A DNA stretch of 64,000 nt from Octopus sinensis (lineage: Eukaryota): NCBI RefSeq assembly GCF_006345805.1, contig NC_043014.1, forward strand, positions 11,842,001 through 11,906,000, read 5' to 3'. The notes below the pieces were generated by a model that did not search any database, was not told the origin of the DNA, and saw only the letters and a program-made list of their open reading frames with translations. Each line of letters opens with the position of its first letter. Positions within the stretch are counted from its first letter, which is position 1. This document shows positions 62,491 through 64,000 of the stretch, piece by piece. The translations under genes and the position numbers were made by a program.

Positions 62491-63409
62491 AAGCAAATTG
62501 GGAGAGAGCGCTGGGGAAAGAAGGCAAAAACAAGGACAGCGTAACGTGACGTTGTTACAAGTAAAAATTTTTATTACTTCTCCATCAAAACATTGTATAT
62601 ATTTAAGTAATGTTTCACCAATTTTTACAGCACCCCATGTGTTTCCGGTTTCAGTTCTCACATTGGTATCCTGCAAAACAAAATGATAATAATAACACAA
62701 AGCGTTAAACATTAATCAACGGCATACTGTTTACAAGGATATAATGACACACAATATAAGTAATTGCTTTAAAATAACCGTCTGTGTGTCATACTTTATG
62801 TAAATACCTTGCAAAAAAGTAAATTTACTGCGGATGTAGTCCAGAGGTAAGATATTTTATGGGCGTGCTGTGTTTGAAAACAACAGTTTTATCAGTAGCA
62901 GACGAACATCGTCCAGCAGCATCGGCCAATATTTTTTTTGTTTGTTTCGGATTAAACACTAAACACTACTTGTTACAGATAACTAGTCTATAGGCGTAGG
63001 AGTGGCAGTGTGGTAAGTAGCTTGCTTACCAACCACATGGTTCCGGGTGACACCATTAGTAAGTGTCTTCTATAGCTTCGGGCCGACCAAAGCCTTGCGA
63101 GTGGATTTGGTAGACGGAAACTGAAAGAAGCCCGTCGTATATATATGTATATGTATATATGTGTGTGTTTGTATATTTGTGTTTGTCCCCCCAACATCGC
63201 TTGACAACCGATGCTAGCGTGCTTACGTCCCCGTCACTTAGCGGTTCGGCAAAAGAGACCGATAGATTAAGTACTAGGCTTACATACAATATGTCCTGGG
63301 GTCGATGTGCTCGACTAAAGGCGGTGCTCCACCATGGCCACAGTCAAATGTCTGAAACAAGTAAAAGAGTAAAAAAATCTGCAGAATGTAGTTGAGACAT
63401 TCGAAAGGT

Positions 63410-63690
63410 CACTATGAAATACGATTTTGTGTTAAAAGTTGCAAAATTGCTAGAGAAACTTATGAAATGCTCCATATTGCTTATGGATTAACTTTTTTGG
63501 TGGCGCAAGAGGTTCAAAAGCGGTACAGAAGTGAGAGACTATGAGGTACGTGAGAACTTCAGACGTGGTACAAAAAAAATACTTGCAGCTTTCTGAATGA
63601 TGACTATCATGTATCTATAAAGACGATACGAGTACAATATGGACTGGCAACTGTACACGGGATTATTCATGAAGATCTGGACATACATAA
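63410..63690 (+). pseudogene. Mariner transposase N-terminal fragment
   Basis: IRFCVKSCKIARETYEMLHIAYG...FWWRKRFKSG, the mariner HTH region. Confidence 0.6.
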
Positions 63691-63694
63691 AATC

Positions 63695-64000
63695 TTATTT
63701 CTTTATTGCCCACAAAGAGCTAATATAGAGGGGTCAAACAAGGACAGACAAAGGGATTAACACAGTTATATCGACCCCAGTGCGTAACTGGTACTTATTT
63801 AATCCACCCCGAAAGGATGAAAGGCAAAGTCGACCTCGGCGGAATTTGAACTCAGAACGTAGCGTCAGACGAAATACCTATTTCTTTACCACCCACAAGG
63901 GGCTAAACACAGAGAGGATAAACAAGGACAGACATAAGTATTATGTCGATCACATCGACCCCAGTGCGTAACTGGTACTTATTTAATCCACCCCGAAAGG
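63695..64000 (-). mobile_element. Family-M SINE multimer, truncated by the window end
   Basis: Reverse complement of the same units, with the same junction GACGAAATACCTATTTCTTTA. Confidence 0.8.

Noticed and set aside
62590-62690. Possible exon on - (strong acceptor near 62672; frames DTNVRTETGNTWG or YQCEN*NRKHMGCCKN)
   Set aside because: No recognisable domain, the Cys-rich frame has a stop, and no partner exons were found.

Overview
AT-rich, repeat-saturated eukaryotic DNA. The dense tRNA-derived SINE families and microsatellite load look like an octopus/coleoid cephalopod genome; this is recognition from memory, not a database result. Almost every ORF in the supplied track is an artefact of microsatellites or SINEs. 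One host gene can be assembled by hand on the + strand: a fibroblast growth factor (FGF) with coding exons 37104-37266, 43283-43386 (the canonical 104-bp FGF exon) and 44481-44666. It encodes about 150 aa with no signal peptide, has canonical GT-AG sites with matching phases, and has an unlocated upstream exon. The rest is SINEs, LINE fragments, mariner and hAT remnants, MITEs, Helitrons (a decayed Rep/Pif1 ORF at about 54.8-57.1 kb plus short non-autonomous copies), Penelope-like element (PLE) remnants, and a 26/27-bp minisatellite. The most notable signal is a set of at least seven small type-I hammerhead-ribozyme folds from four sequence families. One has an intact catalytic core and lies in sense orientation 239 nt after the FGF stop codon, between two AATAAA hexamers. 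Two more lie in sense orientation inside the first coding intron. No prokaryotic systems (CRISPR, operons), rRNA or true tRNA genes were found. Ribozyme activity, transcription and species identity cannot be shown from sequence alone.
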